Source: the human T2T-CHM13v2.0 reference genome, Homo sapiens
Assembly: GCF_009914755.1 (NCBI RefSeq)
Contig: NC_060925.1
Strand: one strand, 5' to 3'
DNA: 64,000 nt
Part shown: in pieces, positions 24,968-64,000 of the stretch
Layout of the letters: every line of letters begins with the position of its first letter
How positions within the stretch are numbered: position 1 is the stretch's first letter
Notes under the pieces: model-generated
What the model was told of the DNA's origin: nothing
The model's input: only the letters and a program-made list of their open reading frames with translations
The model's database searches: none
Program-made: the position numbers and the translations under genes

Positions 24968-25232
24968 AGAGTTTTCATTTGTTCCTTAAAATAATTAAGC
25001 TGGAAAGGCAAGGACAATTATGAGCACAACTGTAGTCAAGTTGAGAAGACCTCAAAAAAGTCAAGTTTAGACCTTCGGATTTTCCATAGAAGAGAAAAAG
25101 ATACTAGGTTTTAGGGTACAGAGAGCCAGATCTGAAGAGTAGCTGCAGGGGGAAGGTGCTGTTAGAAGGAGGATATAGACACATTCTCTGGGGGGAACAT
25201 ATGGTGACTGACCCATGCACACAAAGGGGGCC

Positions 25233-60767
<35,535 letters not shown>

Positions 60768-61176
60768 TTATCTAAAACAGCACAGTATCAGAAACACAGA
60801 AATTACAGTGAAAAAGAAAAGAAAAAGAAATGGAAAAGACTGAAGAAAGAAAAGAGACTCAAGAATTCCTATTTCTAAAAATGTTCAAAATATTGAAGTA
60901 CATTCACCGTCTTCTCTTCTGCTCCCTTAACACTTAAACAGATCCATTACTGGAATTTCTTTCTAGAGGAGGGTAACCCAAATTTCTGGCACACTTTAAC
61001 CTCTTCTTCCACAAATCTTACCTCAAGAGGTGTCTGCTTCAGTTAATGCCCACTTTCCATTCTTCAGTGTTCTTGAAATGTGGCCCCAAATGGTAAACAT
61101 TCAATTTCTACTCTCAACTTCATAAAATTTATAGCAGCTTTTCCCCGATCATTTCAGAAATTTTTTTCTTTTTTTT

Positions 61177-61288
61177 AAAGAATAGTCAAGTGCAGTAGTG
61201 AGAATGGGGAAAAGAGTGGAACAAGGAGTTCAATCTGTAACTGACTGTGAACAATCAACTGAGATAACTCACTATCTTCGGACTAGGC
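61177..61288 (-). pseudogene. Full-length Y1 RNA (RNY1-derived) retropseudogene
   Basis: GCCTAGTCCGAAGATAGTGAGTTATCTCAGTTGATTGTTCACAGTCAGTTACAGA...CTCACTACTGCACTTGACTATTCTTT; A-tail 61161-61176; TSD AGAAATTTT; TT/AAAA L1-endonuclease site. Confidence 0.93.
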
Positions 61289-61317
61289 TCAAGAAATTTT
61301 AAAGGAAAGCCATTTGA

Positions 61318-61610
61318 GGTTGGCGTGGTGGTTCACGCCTATAATCCTAGCACTTTGGGAGGCTAAGGCAGGTGGATCGCTTGAGCCCAAGAGTTAAAGA
61401 TCAGCCTGAGCAACATGGCAAAACCCCGTCTCTCCAAAAAATATAAAAATTAGCTAGGTGCAGTGGCGCGAGCCTGTAGTCCCAGCTACTTGGGAGGCTG
61501 AGAGATAGGGGGATGGCTTGAGCCCAGGAAGTCGAGGCTGCAGTGAGCCATGATGGCGCCACTGCACTCCAGCCTGGGTGACATTGAGACCCTATCTCAA
61601 AAAAGAAAAG
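61318..61610 (+). mobile_element. AluJ
   Basis: TSD AAAGCCATTTGA. Confidence 0.94.
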
Positions 61611-62326
61611 CCATTTGAAGAAGCCACAGTGCAGTGTTTCTCAACTTGAAGCCTTTCGACAGCTGATGGGGGAAGTTCCAAATGGGTTACAGAAACTAGG
61701 CCTATTAAGTACAAAACAGCTGTTTGGTAGAAGATAACGTAAAACCATAAGCCATGTAAAAAGTGTACTCATGCCTACTACTTGACTCTTGGACGAAGAA
61801 CAAGATAATTAAAACTGTCATGTCATTTTAAGTTCCTGCTTAAAAGGCTGATTATAGATTTGAATACTTGGATTTTGCCATTAAAACCTTTGGAGGCTAG
61901 TTTTACTGGGAGGAATTATCCTGTAACTTAAAAACGATGGAAAAAGACACCAGAATAATAATAGTCTTATTTGTAGAGGACCCACATATATGGCTCAAGT
62001 AAATCTATCTTTAAAAGCTATTTGTGCTATAGTCAGAACCAAAATTATGATAGCACTGCTACTATCTCACATTCGGAAAGTACTTTGTGGTTTTCAGAGA
62101 GTATGTTATGTAACTGGACTCTGATAACAAACCTTTGGAATGAACAAGCAGGTAAAATTATAACAGTTTGTAGATGAGAAAAAAAGAATTGAGACTAAAA
62201 TCCTATATTTTGAAGTATTTTGGGGGAATAGTGGAAGATGAAATTACCTAGCACTTGTAAATATTTTTTAAAAAGACAGTTATGTGTAATGGAAAATAAA
62301 AACTCTCATTGAAAATAAAACCTAAA

Positions 62327-62952
<626 letters not shown>

Positions 62953-64000
62953 TCATTTTAAGCCTAAACTTTGCCATCTGTAGGAAAATATAAGAACTTA
63001 AGTTTAATAACTGCATTTATATTTATTGTTTTAAAATTATAATATATCTCTTCTGTTATGGTGGCACCTACATGTTAACACTGGAGAAGCAAGAGCTTAG
63101 AAGGCCACAACAATTTTAATTATCTTGTCCTCTGTCCAAGATGAGCATTTAGCCAGTAGGTAGAGAGAAATAAAGCTGATGTTTTACAATATACTCTCCC
63201 AAAGGCTCATAAATACTTTATCGCTGGGATGCCTCCTTTCACTTATTTCACTTGTCCCTTTAATAAGATCTGTCAACTTTTTCTAACGAGTCTGGTATAT
63301 GAAACAGATTCAAAGGAAAATACAAAGATAGACAGCTGTGAGAAACTTCACCTCCAATAAGCTTCAACAAACACATTAAAAGGAAAGCCGTATGACAGAA
63401 TGGAAGGCTTTGTTGCATTTGCGTGTAATGATCCGGGAAAAGGGGAAGGGCAAAAACAGACAGATGAATGGTGACAGGCAGTGAAAAGATACTCAGAGAA
63501 GAAATATTTGAGCCTTCAACAAGCCGCTCGCTAGGACTGAACGACAGATGGAAAATTTCTACAGCAGCTACCCAAATCCAGAGGGAGGAGAGGACACTCT
63601 CAGAATGGACCAGTTTGATGCACACCTCCCAATACGGACCAGGGAAAGCAGGAAAAAGAGAGGGATGATAACAGGATTTGGCAGCAAATTAATACTTTTT
63701 TAGTAGCCTTTTCAGAGACTGAGCCTGAATTACATGGGCTTGACATGCAAAGGTATAAGCATATTAAAATAATTTAACTGTCAGTTTACTTAGAAGCTCA
63801 AGTTAAGAAAGTAACCTTTTATATGTAGGTTTGTAAATACATTCCCTTTTAAACAAATAGTTTTTGCCAGGGTAACACAAAAGATTCAGGTTAAGCTAAG
63901 CCCTGTGGGGTTCAATCCCTATGGGAGAGGTACCAAGAGATAGGTTTTCCTTTAAAGATCTCTATATTCTCTTACTGCTTAACTAACTCAGAGAGTGTCC

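Larger units (their letters stand above)
23670..25232 (-). other. COPA: COPA 3' UTR (longest form, end approximate), containing two co-oriented Alus
   Basis: Follows TAA at 25233-25235; minus-strand AATAAA at 24561-24566, 24242-24247, 23697-23702 and 23690-23695. Confidence 0.7.

Overview
Human genomic DNA, recognisable as the PEX19-COPA region of chr1q23. Both protein-coding genes are on the minus strand. PEX19 is complete (8 coding exons, 20200->14627, 900 nt, 299 aa, ending in the CaaX box CLIM). COPA exons 7-33 are present (60724->25233); exons 1-6 lie beyond the right edge. All coding exon boundaries were read from GT/AG sites, and the lengths fit the known 1224-aa alpha-COP frame. There are three retrocopies with poly(A) tails and target-site duplications (TSDs): a disrupted RPSA pseudogene (1318-2379, minus), SUMO1P3 (52342-53573, plus) with an intact 101-aa ORF nested in a near-full-length old L1 in COPA intron 8, and a Y1 RNA copy (61177-61288) in COPA intron 6. 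The rest is mostly Alu, L1, L2, MIR, ERVL/MaLR and DNA-transposon sequence; repeat subfamily names are from recall of consensus sequences and their ends are approximate. The most interesting unexplained signals are in the non-repetitive parts of COPA introns 11-13. These are a well-formed stop-containing candidate exon (45599-45928) whose 3' end looks like a decayed duplicate of exon 12, and further poison-exon candidates in intron 13. Together they suggest a possible NMD or intronic-polyadenylation control of alpha-COP dosage; this is a hypothesis that cannot be tested from sequence alone. No prokaryotic-type features (CRISPR, rRNA, tRNA) were seen.
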